Shown here in pieces: positions 1-13,342 of a stretch of 64,000 nucleotides of DNA. This DNA is from Phallusia mammillata (lineage: Eukaryota). The position numbers and the translations under genes are program-made. Each line of letters begins with the position of its first letter. Position 1 is the stretch's first letter. Under the pieces are notes generated by a model. The model was given only the letters and a program-made list of their open reading frames with translations, searched no databases and was not told the DNA's origin. The stretch is from NCBI GenBank assembly GCA_965637545.1, contig OZ281496.1, positions 27,900,001 through 27,964,000 on the forward strand, in the 5' to 3' direction.

Positions 1-1060
1 GCCTAGCCGAAAAAACGAGTTGTAGGACTTCGATACGCTATGCTTTTTATAACTACGTTTTGTTACAGTTTTCAAAACCGTAAAATGAACACTTATAAAT
101 TTAGCGATTGTCTTTGGAAAACGCCCCACTGACTTAACTTGATTTAAAAAAAACATTAAAAGGAGAATGTACACAGCAGACTAATTCACATTCATAATTT
201 TAAAAATATAAGGCTTAAGCCTGCATGGGTGGCGTATTTCCGTTTAATTCAAAGTTCCCACGATCGCTCTATGCTTGAATAACAAAGTAAACATCACAGG
301 CGTCGGCAAGGACTATTATGTCCTTTCCAAAAAGGAAGCAAATCTATTTTTCGACCAACTGGTATTTGCACCAAAGGTTGTGTGTATATAGTACTTGGAA
401 ATTTCGAAAACCATTACCTATGTATTGTTTAGGAGTAAGAACAAACTGAATGAGGTCCCGAATATCACTATTTGGAAGTCTTGATCCATGACTAATAAAT
501 ATTCACGCCTGTGGGTTATCGTCATAGCAGTATCGTTGTGTTTAGACATATCGCATCTTGCACTATGACGTTTAATAAAACACTTGCCGTTTGTTTTAGA
601 TTGTCCAGACAATTGGTTTGATGGAAATACATTAGGTTTTAAGAACTTTACTGATTAATTTTGTCACGCAGTAAGTTATACAACGAAATTTAGGTTTAAA
701 CCTTCAGAAAAACTTAAAAATATTTCAGAGGTTGGTTCTATATCGGGACTTCGTTTTATTGAGGGGTAGAATGGAGTAGAAACATCAAACATGCGATGTG
801 TAAACCTCGTTTTCTGGATCAACAAGTAAAGTTTAAACCTTTTCAAAGTGTTAACACAAGTTCAGTGTTACCGCGTAAAGACGTTTGTTGCATCAAGCTG
901 AAATGTCATGTTGTGTTACATAATCAACGAACTTTCAACATTACGTCTGGCTTTGCAGAAAAAATGTCTAACCGTTGAAGATTTGAGTTACACCAAATGC
1001 AAATATTACGGCGTTTTTATTTACCTTACAAACACTGCTAATGTTGAATTCACTGGTAAG

Positions 1061-2866
1061 TTATACAAGTGACAAATATTTTATCTTGCAAAAGACTTGT
1101 CGTATTATCACCTCACCTACGCCCATCCTTGAAGCATGCCTTCGTCTCGTGGCAGTTGTGTCGTTATCTTCGCTTCGCCAACAGATGCCTCCGTGTCTAC
1201 AATTCAATGACTGGTCGCATGGCTTGTCAGCGTCGAAGCTCGTGACAGGCATACTCGGATCACTAGCACAACCGAGGCTTCCATCGAAGTAGGCACTCAT
1301 CTCTGTGAAGACATACGCATGAATGTAGGGCCTAGAATTTATGTTGAAAGTTTGTGTGCGTATGTTGGCGGATCAGTGACTAAGGAGACCGGAATGCGTG
1401 AAGTCCCAATGTTTGTGATTGTATTCGAAATGGAATTTTTATGAACTTTCCAAGTCAGCCAAAGACAAGCACGGTTTAATTAAGCGATTTTTCAGTTTAT
1501 TTTCCTTACTAACTTTGCACAAAATTAAATAAAAAGCTAATCCTTTCCAACATGAGTGCTTTGGTTTGTGAAATTTTAAAAATTACATATTATTTTGCTC
1601 ATTACGACTTTTCCAGTTTTTTGTCATACACAAAACACATTGCAGCTGCATAAGTTTATTATATGTTCTGTTTCGCCAATAAGGGTCAATTTTGAAAATA
1701 ATCAATTTACCAACGCGATCTGTATTCAATTAAATTGAGATAAACAAACGAATCAATCCCCATGAGCTATTAACATTGACAGAGGGAATTATTCTCACAC
1801 GTCACACCGAGGCAGCTCCAACGAAAAACATGTTTTTGGGCAGTCGAATCGGGCCTGAAAGTTTAACACGGTGGTCTTATCATGTCAGTCTTCATTTTGA
1901 CGAGGCCAATAACGATAGAAGTCTTAAAACTTCCTGACAGGCATCGGGTGTCGATAGCGCGAATTAACTGCGTCAAAACACCACTGAACTGTTTCCACAA
2001 AGCGTTCTTATGGGAGTTCGAGAATTTAATTTGAATTATGTTTTGTATAGGCCAGTGGTCCCAGCTTGAATCAGCCTTGACGCATGAACTTATACAACGT
2101 AAATTCACTTAATGATGTCATTTGATGAAGTGAATTCTTATTGCGGCATAGCACTCCAAAATGCTTTTATAAAACGTCATGGGCGCCCTTCTCTTTGGTC
2201 CAGGATTTGTTTTTATACTGCAACAGCCAAATAACCATTTTAAAGTAGCTAATTTGATTAAAATCCAAACACCTTGACGCCTTTCGAAACCGCACAGCGT
2301 AACCTGGAAAGCCTTGACGTAAGTTCTAGTCAGGTGATATTAGTCTTGTCGACACGATTTAAGTTACTAAACATTGCGGTTTTTGCTCCTCAATTCCAGA
2401 TAGGCTTATGTTACTTTACTTCAATCGCAAATACATGTAAGCCAACATAAAAATTCTCTGTGTTGATTGTGTTTGTTGTTAAACGCAATGTTGTAACATT
2501 TTCTGTCATTGGAGAGATATGGCTACTTGGTTGGGTGGAATACGTTTAAGTAGCATTAGGACAAACTCGGATGAACTTAACACGCTTTGTGGGCATACGG
2601 CTGACAGACAGCACTTCAAACTGTTTAACACGGCGATTGGTGACATCTACAACACGCAGGTCGTCTTGCCTATTCAGTCATTACATCGGTGAATATTTGG
2701 TGTCCTATTAGTCCGTTAGTTAGTGTTTATTGCGCCCGCATTTCTCTGCAAATGTAATTGACATTACGACCAATTGAACGACGCTTTTAGACTTACCTTC
2801 ACCGGAACGTACACACTGGCCACTGAGGATCAACGCTACAGCCACCAAGGCCACCGTTGTTGACAT
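1061..2866 (-). CDS. Probable spliced gene for a secreted protein, structure only partly resolved
   Basis: Exon 2866-2797 encodes the signal-peptide-like MSTTVALVAVALILSGQCVRSGE and ends at a strong GTAAGT donor. A candidate exon starts at acceptor TTCTAG (first base 1331) and reads PYIHAYVFTEMSAYFDGSLGCASD...PCDQSLNCRHGGICW. The splice phases need at least one more exon that I could not place. Confidence 0.35.
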
Positions 2867-5800
2867 TGCGTTGTTGGTTTCACGCAGCAACATACCAGAA
2901 TTGATGTTGAGCAACAGGAAAATGTGCACAGTCAGTCCTATGCAAATATTCAACTTATTTGTACACATAAATCTCCTGTACAGAAATACACAATGTTTGC
3001 CGGTGATAAGGATAGGCGTTGACAATGTGATTCCTTTCTCCAAACTATGCCACGCATCATGTATAAGATCTCAAATAGGTTAAAATAGCTCAAGTGCCGC
3101 GTTTGATTCGTTTACCGGCCCAGCGCGTTCCGAGAGCCAAGCTAAGCAATGCATGACCACGTCAACCGCTTTCTAAGCACTTGCACGTTTCATAAGCCTA
3201 TCTAGTATCCCGTGTGGTTTAGTCTGAAGTGACACACAAAAGTACAAAGCAAATAGTCGGACAATGTCATGTTTCTCACTTTGGTAATATGAAGGTAATC
3301 CGTCAAGCTAAGTTGTATTGACTGCAATATAAAACTCTCCAGAGATATTCCCTCGCAGAAAAAACACTGAGATTGCTTATCACTATACGTAAGTTATAAC
3401 AAAGCTTCACTGTACATACACTAGGGCATAGCGGGCACTAAACAGCTCCATGCAAACTATGTTGTTATTGACTACTTAACTAGCTGCGTCTTAGCAATCT
3501 CACACTAACGCAGATTACTAATGGACAACTAAACTCCTGCTCCCAACGCTCATTGCGCTTGACCCTGCATTTCGGAGAAATCGTTTCTGGAGAAGCAAAG
3601 CGTACTGCTCGGCGGGCGCAAGGCGTCTTGTGCGAAAGGAGGCATGCGACGCGCACAGCACAACTGCCGAAAAATACTTTTCTCATTTACACGAACTCGC
3701 TACTTACGTTTGGCTGGTGACAGAAGGCTACTGTCGGGTTCACACGACTCACAATAAGCAATGCGACCCTTCGACGCAATGCGAAGACAATACCAAATGA
3801 GTAAAGTACTAATAGAAGGCGGCAAATGTCGTGACGGCGTTGACAAGGGATTCTGTTGTAAGCTCATGTTTCGTCGCAACGAGAACGATGTAGCAGTTAA
3901 ACATTAATTCGCTACAAGACCGGTGAGCGACCGATAGGTCCTTTGTCGGCTCTTTATTAAGCCTGAACTCTCTTTCCTGTAATCTAGTGCAGCGTGGCCA
4001 GTTCGTGCGCGACTTTGACTGAATTAAGCCTTGCCCAAAACAAACGCATTGCCTTGAGCGCTTGTGTACAGCTATGGAGCGGTAAACAGTGCGCAGCTCT
4101 AAGAGTCGGTCATCATCATCACACGCGGCCCTAATAAGGCGTTCAGATCAAGATGTGCTCGCAGATATTAGTCGAGCTATCCGTTTACGAACAGAATTGA
4201 TGCTAACCGCACGGAGACGAAAAGAAACAGAGTCGATTTCGAGGTGCCAACTCTCCATGCTTGTTTGCGCGAAAGGCCACAGAGTACGTCTTCCAGCCTT
4301 AAGCAGTCTCTTCTCCCCGGAAGTCTGAGTCTGTATCTGTTACTGATGTTGTTCATGTGGTGGACTTTCCCACTGTTACAAATTTACTACTCACTCAATC
4401 TACAATCTTGGATTGACTGATTTGCTTCAGGCTTATACTATTCAAAACAAAACAAATTTAAAACACATACTTAATGAACATAAAAAAACAATCTTATTCT
4501 GTTACAGTCAAGTTTAAACCAAGGTTATGATCTGCTAGAAAGCATGCATCCACAACGAAAGAAAAAATGGACTTGTATAACACGGCAAATATCAAACATT
4601 GAGCGCTAATATGCTACTAAAGAAAACCATGCTGCATGCTCTTGTTTGCTGCACACGGCTGAATAACCCAGCCGTAAAACCGACAATCGAAAAGAGTAAA
4701 TTGTATATTTCGGTTAAGAGTAAAACAGGGTTTAAATATATATCATAACGTCCTATTTCGATCATTTGTACCTTATACCCTCTTCTTAGGAAAACCTTAC
4801 ACAATACCTATAGCACACACAAACATGGCATTAAATTTTCATTGTTTTACAAAATACAACACCGTCTAAATACAACAGATTCCTGATATACTAATATGTG
4901 TTATTGTAGCAATACTTTCGTCTGCTAAAATGTAGCGTAATTGCTTTTTACATGACCTTTCGACTCGTCCGAAGTTACACACATAATGAGCACCTATATG
5001 GAAAAACCAGTAATCTCCTTTTCAATCGTCCATAGCTTAAAGGGATTATGTTCTGACAAATCTGTTAATTATATACATTGATTTTTCCGAGGTACGACCT
5101 GAACGAGTCAACTGAAAAACGTGTTACACTCATTAAAAATACATTGCACTAATTTTTACAAAATAAACACACACAAACACAATCAACTAGCATTTTAGCA
5201 ATCATATGAAAAGTAACGTGCAGTAAGGGTAATCATTAAAATACTCGCTTTACTGGGAAAGACAAAACTTGTATGCGACTGCCTGTTTTAAATGCAGACA
5301 TTAAGTTCGTGTTCAAAATATTCGAACCAAACAACCACAGTTCTATGCAACGAATAACCAAATACTTATCTGTCATGTTTGAAAAATCTAACGGCCAAAT
5401 GGGTGCAACATGTAAGTAATGTGTAACTAAATTTCAAGCCAACGTAATATCCAATAATCAAGCTTTAGCAAGATGCCTGAACTCAAAAGACTGCTTTATA
5501 ATTCAAAAAACACGTCTACCTTTTTACATGCAACAAAACGATGCCGTAAAAATCGCAATGATCTTACATCATGCCCAGGGCACGAGTTGCCTGTGCCACT
5601 TTTTTAACTTCACGCGAAGTGAAATCTGAAATTTTTCGTGCTTGAGATAAGATCTTGATTAGCATTCCAGTGGTAGACCGCGGAAAGAGCGTGACGGAAA
5701 CATGGTGAACAAACATGCATTTCCGTAAAAAAATTAACCCGACTAATTTACTAGCCTGTGTTTTGTCACATGTCAATAATAATGTGGAAAAAAACTGCTA

Positions 5801-6859
5801 TGATATTTTGACGATTTGCAAACATAATGTAACTAATACGGTGATTGCCTTTGCTGACGATGCCAAATGTTCTAAACTGAAACATAAAACTAAACAACGA
5901 CATATGACAGATACAACAAAACGTGAAAATTTTCCAGTAAAATAATCTTCGTTCTATTAACCAACTAGTCCATTGCTTATAGGTAATAAACTTGCATACT
6001 GACAAAAGCTAGAAACGTATTTTATAACTTTTCGGCCTTACAATCTATATTCTGAATGCTTCCTATCGTTTCTAGTTCGGTTTAAACATGCCATCAAAAC
6101 ATGCTTTTAGATTATATGTAACTTTCACATCAACTTTGGCCTAGCTAGCATAGAGTCGCAGCACATGTGCAAAGAAAAAACATTTACTCTATTAGCAAGT
6201 GGGGATTAAAACTTGGGTGGTCTGCTGGTCTCTACGGGGTTTCTGTGACTAACCTTTAAGCTTTAGTCTTGGGTGGCAATGTGATGGCTATCAAGCCAAT
6301 TTGCCGAGTAAACATAGCCTATAAAAAATTAAAATACGAAAACTATAGATCAGTTGCAAAAAACTGTTTGGCTCAGCTTTTCGTTTAGCTGACAGTTTTT
6401 ATCATAATAGTTTACAAATCACCAAATCTAATTGTATTTCCTCAAAGTAGCAAAATCCAACACTTTGGTGAACAGCTTAAATTAAAAACTGCAAGATTTC
6501 TACTCTTATCTTTCATGTCAACCAAAATCGATGGCGGTTATCAAGCAATCATCGATTACTTTGGGCTGCTAATCATCATGGAAGCTCGTTGACATCCGCA
6601 CCATCAGAGTTTGCAAGTTTCGCATGCTGCACCGTACAGTATGACAAGAATATTTTTGCAAAATACATCGTGAACTTATAATTGTGAGAGCGTAAAACAT
6701 TTAGGAATGATTATATTTGTTCAAAATTAACTTATCTTTGCTTTTTTGTGTGTTAAATTTGTTAAACAGTGGTAAAATGTCGTTTTTTGTCGCTGAAGTA
6801 CATTGGTTCCAATCAGCCAGGGATTAAACGTTTTAAAACGCACAACTACGAAATCTGAA

Positions 6860-9800
6860 ATGTCCCTTACAATAGAAGTATATGACAGTGGCCCTGAAGA
6901 GGAAACTTGTTCCGAGAAAAAAGTAACTCCTTCAGCAAATATTGTGGAGGTATTACAAATAAATGTTCCATAGCTTTTATTAATGTGAAAAGTTTACAAC
7001 CAGTTTTTGTTTTCTAGTATTTTGTCTCAAAAGAAGAAGCTGAGAGAGCTATTAATGAGTTTGAACTTTCAACATCCACCAAGTTTATCAAACTGTTTCG
7101 GCACAAATATGGTAAATGCAAATGCCACTGCAACTGTTTTGTGATTGTTTTTTTTTTATTGCCCCACTGGACATTTTGGTGCACAGTCATAGTTTGTCTA
7201 AAGCAGTGCTCCGCAACCTTTTTCACGCACGTCACACCATACATGCTTTAAATGTTCGGCGGCACACCCGAACCAAAAAAATTCGATTTGAATTTTTGAA
7301 AGCCTAAAAAAGCATTAAGCCAGGGGTCTTAAACTTCTTTGAGGGACAAAAACATTTTTTTACGTTGGTAAAGGGCCGTACTATTGGAACTTTTTTTGTA
7401 AAAGTAATATGAACAAAAAATATTATGTCCTTGAAAGTGTTGTGCGTTTGTGCCATATAATGTACATAAAGCATTTGTAATGCAATAAACAAGAAACAAT
7501 GCGGTGTAGCAAAGTAAAAATACCAAGTGCAATAAACTACTATGTATGAAAACAATGGCATACAAAAAAACAATGGCACGCCGAAACAATTGAAAAATTT
7601 GACGCAACAATTGGAATTGCTGATTTTTAATAGGAGAAACTATTTCCATTTCTAGCCATTACTGATAAAGAATGTTTGTTTCTTAAAATCAGTGGTCTGA
7701 CAGGGCATTCCACTTGAGGTAAACACCTAAAGTTAGTTCGCAGGCGGCACAAAAACCTTCATGGGTCCACACCTGACCCTGCATTAAGCCGCTGTAAAGT
7801 ATATTATGACGTAATAAAACACGAATGTGTAGTGAGTAGTGTAGCTTTAGTTTGGTGTTGTGAACTGTATCATTTGCTATAATGTTAAAATACACAAAAA
7901 CAAATTTAAAACAAAAAGTGGCGGCACACCCAGCATGTCTTGCGGCACACCGGTTGCGGAGCACTGGTCTAAAGAATTCCAAAATTGATTTTTAATTTGA
8001 ATCTTTATCTGTGAAATTTTCAATGACAATATTTGTTTGTACTTAAATTTGGTAACTTTTGATAACAGATCCAACCAGAAGTCGTATTCGATGGGACCCA
8101 AACACCAGGATACCCTTCACTATTGACCAAAGTGCAAAACTTGAATGTCAGCATGGTCGTGATAGAGATTATGAAAGAAAGGAAAAAAGAAAATCCCTCA
8201 AGAATGGGGTATATATACAACAGATATTAATAGAAACAAAAGTGCTCTACTTAAATAAAACAACTTTTGCAGGTTTTAACCCATGGTGGAAAAAGGAAAT
8301 ACCTCAGGGTTGAAGGATCAATTAAGAAAAACTGCAGGGCTTGTATAAGTGTTTTAGAGATATGGACATACCCCGAATATGAGGTAAATTCACCTTCTGT
8401 GTATGTACAATACTAAAACGCATCAAATTATCTATGTTTAAGTCCTTGTTTTTATCCCTGTAAACTCATTCCAATAATAAATTCAGATTGATGAGCTGAT
8501 AAAATCCAAGCAGACTGAGGGGAGTAAAAAGTTGAGGGAACTGCTCAATGGCAACCAATCAAACTTGTTGAAAGAATATGGTTGCTGGGTAACATTTCCA
8601 TCAAGCAATGCCCACTCAGGACATGTGGTTGGAGAGGTATTTAATTTTGGTGCTGCAGTTAAAACTAATCTGCATACATACTCTTTAATGCAAGTTAGTG
8701 TATGTATACATACTAACCTAGCTGTGAAACAAAATTTCCCACTTTGAGCCAAAATTGTTTTCATTGTCTTATGATTGTAAGAGAACAAATAAATAATCTT
8801 TAATGTGCTAAATTATATAAATGTATAAATGTGTTAAAATTAATATAATTGACATGAATACTCACTTGTTTTATATATATATAATACTTTTGAGACCCTT
8901 GAGATAGGTCCATTTATTTAAAAAAAATCTGTAAAATCAAGAGAATACTTGCATGTCATATGTTTTTTAGGCTGTTGAAGTAACTCAACCAGTGGACCCT
9001 CGTTTAATCACAAAAATTAACAGTTTAGTTGATGAAGGGGTTTTCTCAGCCCAGGAAATTAAAGAACGATTATCTTCTTATGTCAACAATGAGCTTTTTC
9101 GTGACACCAAACCTCCACCCTTGTCAAACAAAAGGTTTCATCCCACACTGAAAGTCATACGCAATCATTATTTCAGAGCGTTTATTGACAAGAAACTTGA
9201 TGGGAATGAAACACCTTTAAACATGAAAGTTCTTATGACACTTGACCCATTGGTTGTTGAAAAGATTGCCAACCAGAAGATAGCAATGAGCGCCAAGGCT
9301 GTAAGGCCTGACCCAAGAAATCAAATTTCAGGCATTATAAATCGGATTCGAAATAACATACAAGGTGTAACATCTGAAGCGGACCTGGTTAAAGCCCGCG
9401 ACGAACTGACAAGCATTCTTCAAGATATACACCATGCGTCTGACTACAGTGAAGATATCGACCTTGTAGGCAGTAGCTTGTTTGAGGTTTCAAAGTCAGA
9501 CCCTAACTTGCCTGTTGAAGCGACTGAAGAGGTAACGGTGCTTGAACCGTTCTACCAAGTGGCTTTGGACAATTCAAGCTTTCCCGCAACCTACGCGGTA
9601 GAGGAGAACGTGTCAGGCATTGGAACAACAGAGTTACAGATCAATCTCCAACCCCAGTTTACGCCGAGTATAAAACAAGTAACGCAGAACTCATTGGAAC
9701 AACTTCTGCTCAAAAACGGCCCCCACTACCTCTCGTTGGTCCAATTAAAGTGCCTTGAACCTGAACTTGATTTAGAAGAGCGACAGTTAGTCTTGCTCTC

Positions 9801-10329
9801 GGATAAGAACTTTAAGGAAGGGTGGCTAGTGGACGACGTTCTTAACAGCTACCTATGGTCCTTATGTCAAGAGTACAAACATGTATTATACGCCTCTTCG
9901 GAGCATTCGAGTTTGTTGCAACAGGATATGGCCGTGCCTGAGCTATGGCAGGATGAAACCATTAATGGGAAAAAGTACATATTTGTCCCATGGAACCCAA
10001 CAGGAGCTCACTGGATACTTCTAGCTGTTGACGTTGTCAAACGAACGCTGATGTATTTAGACCCAATGCAGTTGTCATTAGACATCAACGACGTACTTGT
10101 CAAAATGGCGAAGGACTTCATGACAAAGTTAATGAAGGATAAGTTTGACATAAAAATCGTGGCGTTAGAAACCAAAAACCGAACACTGCAGGAAGATGTA
10201 TTGGGTTGTGGAGTGCTTGTTTGCATGTACGCACGGTGGTTAGCATCTAATCAACCTCTTCTTAACTCCGGTTCAGACTATGCGTACAGAAAAGAAATTT
10301 TCGACTGTATCTCTGGAAGTTTGTTTTAG
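6860..10329 (+). CDS. CaRF-like (ALS2CR8-type) N-terminal domain fused to a C-terminal Ulp1/Peptidase C48 protease, about 647 aa
   Basis: Six phase-consistent GT-AG exons: 6860-6949, 7018-7111, 8069-8208, 8273-8383, 8487-8636, 8971-10329. CaRF-like motifs: IPF..AKLECQHG, GSIKKNCRACISV..YPEY, FPSSNAHSGH, QPVDPRLITKINSLVDEGV...KRFHPTLKVIRNHY. C48 motifs: WLVDDVLNSYL, FVPWNPTGAHWILL, YLDP, QEDVLGCGV. Confidence 0.8.
7204..7966. mobile_element. hAT-type MITE in intron 2 of the CaRF-Ulp1 gene
   Basis: TIR CAGTGCTCCGCAACC / GGTTGCGGAGCACTG; 8-bp TSD GTCTAAAG at 7196-7203 and 7967-7974; repeated subterminal GCGGCACACC motifs. Confidence 0.9.
7321..7781. mobile_element. hAT-type MITE nested inside the 7204-7966 MITE
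   Basis: Ends CAGGGGTC / TGACCCTG; 8-bp TSD CATTAAGC at 7313-7320 and 7782-7789. Confidence 0.8.
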
Positions 10330-11038
10330 TGGCCTTTTTCTTGTTTTTGTTCCGATTGTGTTGCATTTTATGCGAAGTAGAACACGCCATAATAAAAACT
10401 AGGGCTTATGTTGTCCGACAGAAGCCAATAATGGCAAATAAATCCACAAATACTTACCGCTGTGTGTTCTTTTCGTGCGTGACAAGATCTTTTGTTGGTC
10501 AGAAAAAAGGAATCAGAACGTAGAATGTCCGATTATATGGTAGTTGTTATATGGAAGCTAGTTGAAGTACAAATCGCGTCGATCGGTACAACAATTGAAA
10601 TTGCGAAAAGTCAGTGGGAACCTGTGGGCTTTCGTGTCAACGAATTTCAATTTACACAGCCAGTGGCAAATTTTGAGAAGCCACATTTTTAGGAGAATGG
10701 GTGGACAAAATGTTGTGACTCTCACAAAAACTAGTTTAAAACGCCAAGTTATAGAATCGAAAATGTAGACGTAGAAACGTTTTTGGAATTGGGTTAACAA
10801 TTTAACATGTACTGCTTGGCCGGGCAATGCTTGTTCACCCTATTTTTTACTCTGGTTGAAGAGAAGTCTCTGGTTGAAGAGAAGTCAAGGAAAAAAGACG
10901 CAGGATAAAGTTCGCTATTGGTTACGCGACGCTGCACGAAGAGTTTGTTTTGATTTCACAAGCGCATTTTTAAAAGAAGTTTGCGTCGTTTTTTTGCTTG
11001 TAATTAATAATGACAATGACAAACGGGTAACAATAATT

Positions 11039-12679
11039 ATGTCAAGTCGAAAACCTTTACCTGATCTCGTTGCTGTTTGGGAAATAGCATTGAGTGATGG
11101 AGTGCACAAAGTGGAATTTGAACATGGCACCACAACAGGAAAAAGAGCAATATATGTTGATGACCAAGTAAAATGTTTATAAATGGATTAGGGATAAAAT
11201 AAATCATTATTGATCCTGATATTATGTTCCGTTAAGGAAATATTTCGCAAGGAATGGATGTTTAAACTGGTAGGAAAGGAAGATTTTGCAATTGGGAAAC
11301 AAAAAGTTAAAGGTATGTGCACTGTGCAGTTGTATTTGTAACTTTTAGTAACTGCTACATGTTTAGGCACCATAAACATTGATGCCTGTAGTGGATTTGC
11401 ATATGAATACACACTAGAAGTGCAGGGAAAAAGCTTAAAAAAGTTTATTGAGAACAAGAACAAAACCAGCAAGGCTTGGACATTGGTTCTGAGTGGTCGA
11501 GATACAAGAATAGTCTTGGGTAAATACAGAATAAAAAACACAATTTAATAGTCCATATTATTTTTGTTATTGATGTCTTTTTAGAAAAAGATACAATGGA
11601 CATTTGGTGCAATGGTGAAAAGATGGAAACTGCAGTAAGAATATAAACTAGTATTTAATTATTTATACCAGGGCTACTCAATTAGTTTCGTCAAAAGTCC
11701 AGATAGAAAAGGTAAAAATTACCAAAGGTCCGGACACTTCTGTCAGATATGCAAATGTAACATGTCTTAGCCTATTTGGTTATAGCTAATGTGGACAATC
11801 GCTGTCAAAATTGAAATCTTGAACTGATATGCACCAAACGTGATTTTATTCCTTGTGAGAGTGTATTGGTACAACGTCATAAAGAATACATTTTATCTGC
11901 TTTTACAGGATTACTTTGTAAGGTAATGATTTAAAATTCAGTTTATTAAATCACAGATACAATTATGTGCAAACAACCGCCGCTTTGTTAAATGTATAGT
12001 GAAATAATCGACCATTTTTTCATCATAGTTGGACAATCTGAACTCACATAAGATTTTGGCAGGACTTTAGGCTCCTCGCAGACTGCCGATCAATCGTTAT
12101 GCCGACCCCAGTTTAAAAAGTGCCTCTACATAGCATTGTTTAGTTAATTAACACACAAATGTTGCCGTAATCAAAAGACCGTCAAGGTCCACATCGAACA
12201 CCTCAAAGGTCCGGATATGGACCGCGGTCAGCCATTTGAGTAGCCCTGATTTATACCTTTACCTTTGTTTGGTTGTGAAGAAAATTTATCTGTAACTTGA
12301 CAAACTTGTATACTTCTTTTTCACCTTCACAAATTTGACATCACATGTCAAATATTTTCATAGGACAAGTTTGCTACATTTGTCTTCCATTGCAGCTTGA
12401 TTTCATTTTGTTTTTGAAATAAATTAACATCTTCTGCTTTAGAGGTTTTATTGTAAATGTTTTACACTAAAGTGGTGCTTTTTGCCTGTATTTGTGCATT
12501 TTGGGACAATTCGTCATCTGATTTACTAAACCCCACAGGGCGAATTTACTGACGAAGGGACAGAAACACACTTTGAAGTGGGTGACCATTCCTGTTATGT
12601 CAAAGCAATATCAAGTGGCAACCGAAAATCTGGAATTATTCACACCCTATATGTTGATGACCGACTGATACCTGATTAA
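11039..12679 (+). CDS. FAIM: Fas apoptotic inhibitory molecule 1
   Basis: Exons 11039-11167, 11237-11312, 11367-11519, 11585-11634, 12539-12679. They give DLVAVWEIALSDGVHKVEFEHGTTTGKR...RKEWMFKLVGKE...FAYEYTLEV...EKDTMDIWCNG...GEFTDEGTETHF...GIIHTL, matching recalled vertebrate FAIM1 along its whole length. Confidence 0.95.
11669..12248. mobile_element. hAT-type MITE in the last FAIM intron
   Basis: TIR CAGGGCTACTCAA / TTGAGTAGCCCTG; 8-bp TSD ATTTATAC at 11661-11668 and 12249-12256. Confidence 0.9.
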
Positions 12680-13342
12680 CTGTTTTTAAATTCCGAAAGT
12701 GACCATTATTGCTTTAGTTTATGTTGTACAGTATTATATTACCTTATTCTACAGAGTTGGCAAAAACAGGTTGCATTTTTACTTTGACTTCTTTACGTCA
12801 GTGGTGCTATTCATTCATTGCCAAGAAAACAAAATTACTGTTCTTGTTCGAACTTTTATGCATTTCTTCTTGGTACTATGCATTTTTGATGAAATAAAAT
12901 TCCAAGCAACTTGCACATTCAATAATCTGTATTATGGCAAACTGTAGAGCTTTTTATTTTATGAATTTAACTGTAATTATTTCATTTGCAAAGTTAAATG
13001 ACTCTATTTGTGTAATAAAATACTTTTCAACAAATTCTGTAAAACAATAATACTTTGCTATTTTATATGTAATCAAATGTTAAAAAGCATTATATTCCCC
13101 ACTTTGCTGCAAAAAAACAAGACTTTATATTTGTTCATTTTTTGTGATGCTGATGCAATAAATTTGCATGAAACATGTATCCAATTTTATGTTATATTAG
13201 GTGCAGATGGGCTGGTCCAAGTTTTGTAACCAAACAAACTTTTTTTGAATAAAAGTAGGAAAACATTTCACAACTGCACAAGTATTTAACTATAAAACTG
13301 GAGAATGTTTTAATGTAACAGCTTCTAAAACTAATTTAAAGC

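Noticed and set aside
488-640. Signal-peptide-like MTNKYSRLWVIVIAVSLC and lectin-like DCPDNWF on the plus strand
   Set aside because: An in-frame stop and no usable donor site link them.
2100-2340. LRR-like NLESLDVSSSQ and HGRPSLWSRICF on the plus strand
   Set aside because: The fragments are in different frames with stops and have no splice support; could be chance.
5853-5890. CTGACGA...GAAA hammerhead-like words, also at about 19124, 38100 and 60305
   Set aside because: No paired stem II or no correctly placed GAAA and UH.
5000-10850. Possible long TIRs around the CaRF-Ulp1 gene
   Set aside because: I found no inverted match or TSD by eye; a computed search is still needed.
10850-10886. 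18-bp tandem duplication; similar short duplications near 50357-50400 and 52688-52720
   Set aside because: Two-unit slippage or repair duplications, not arrays; no CRISPR-like structure.
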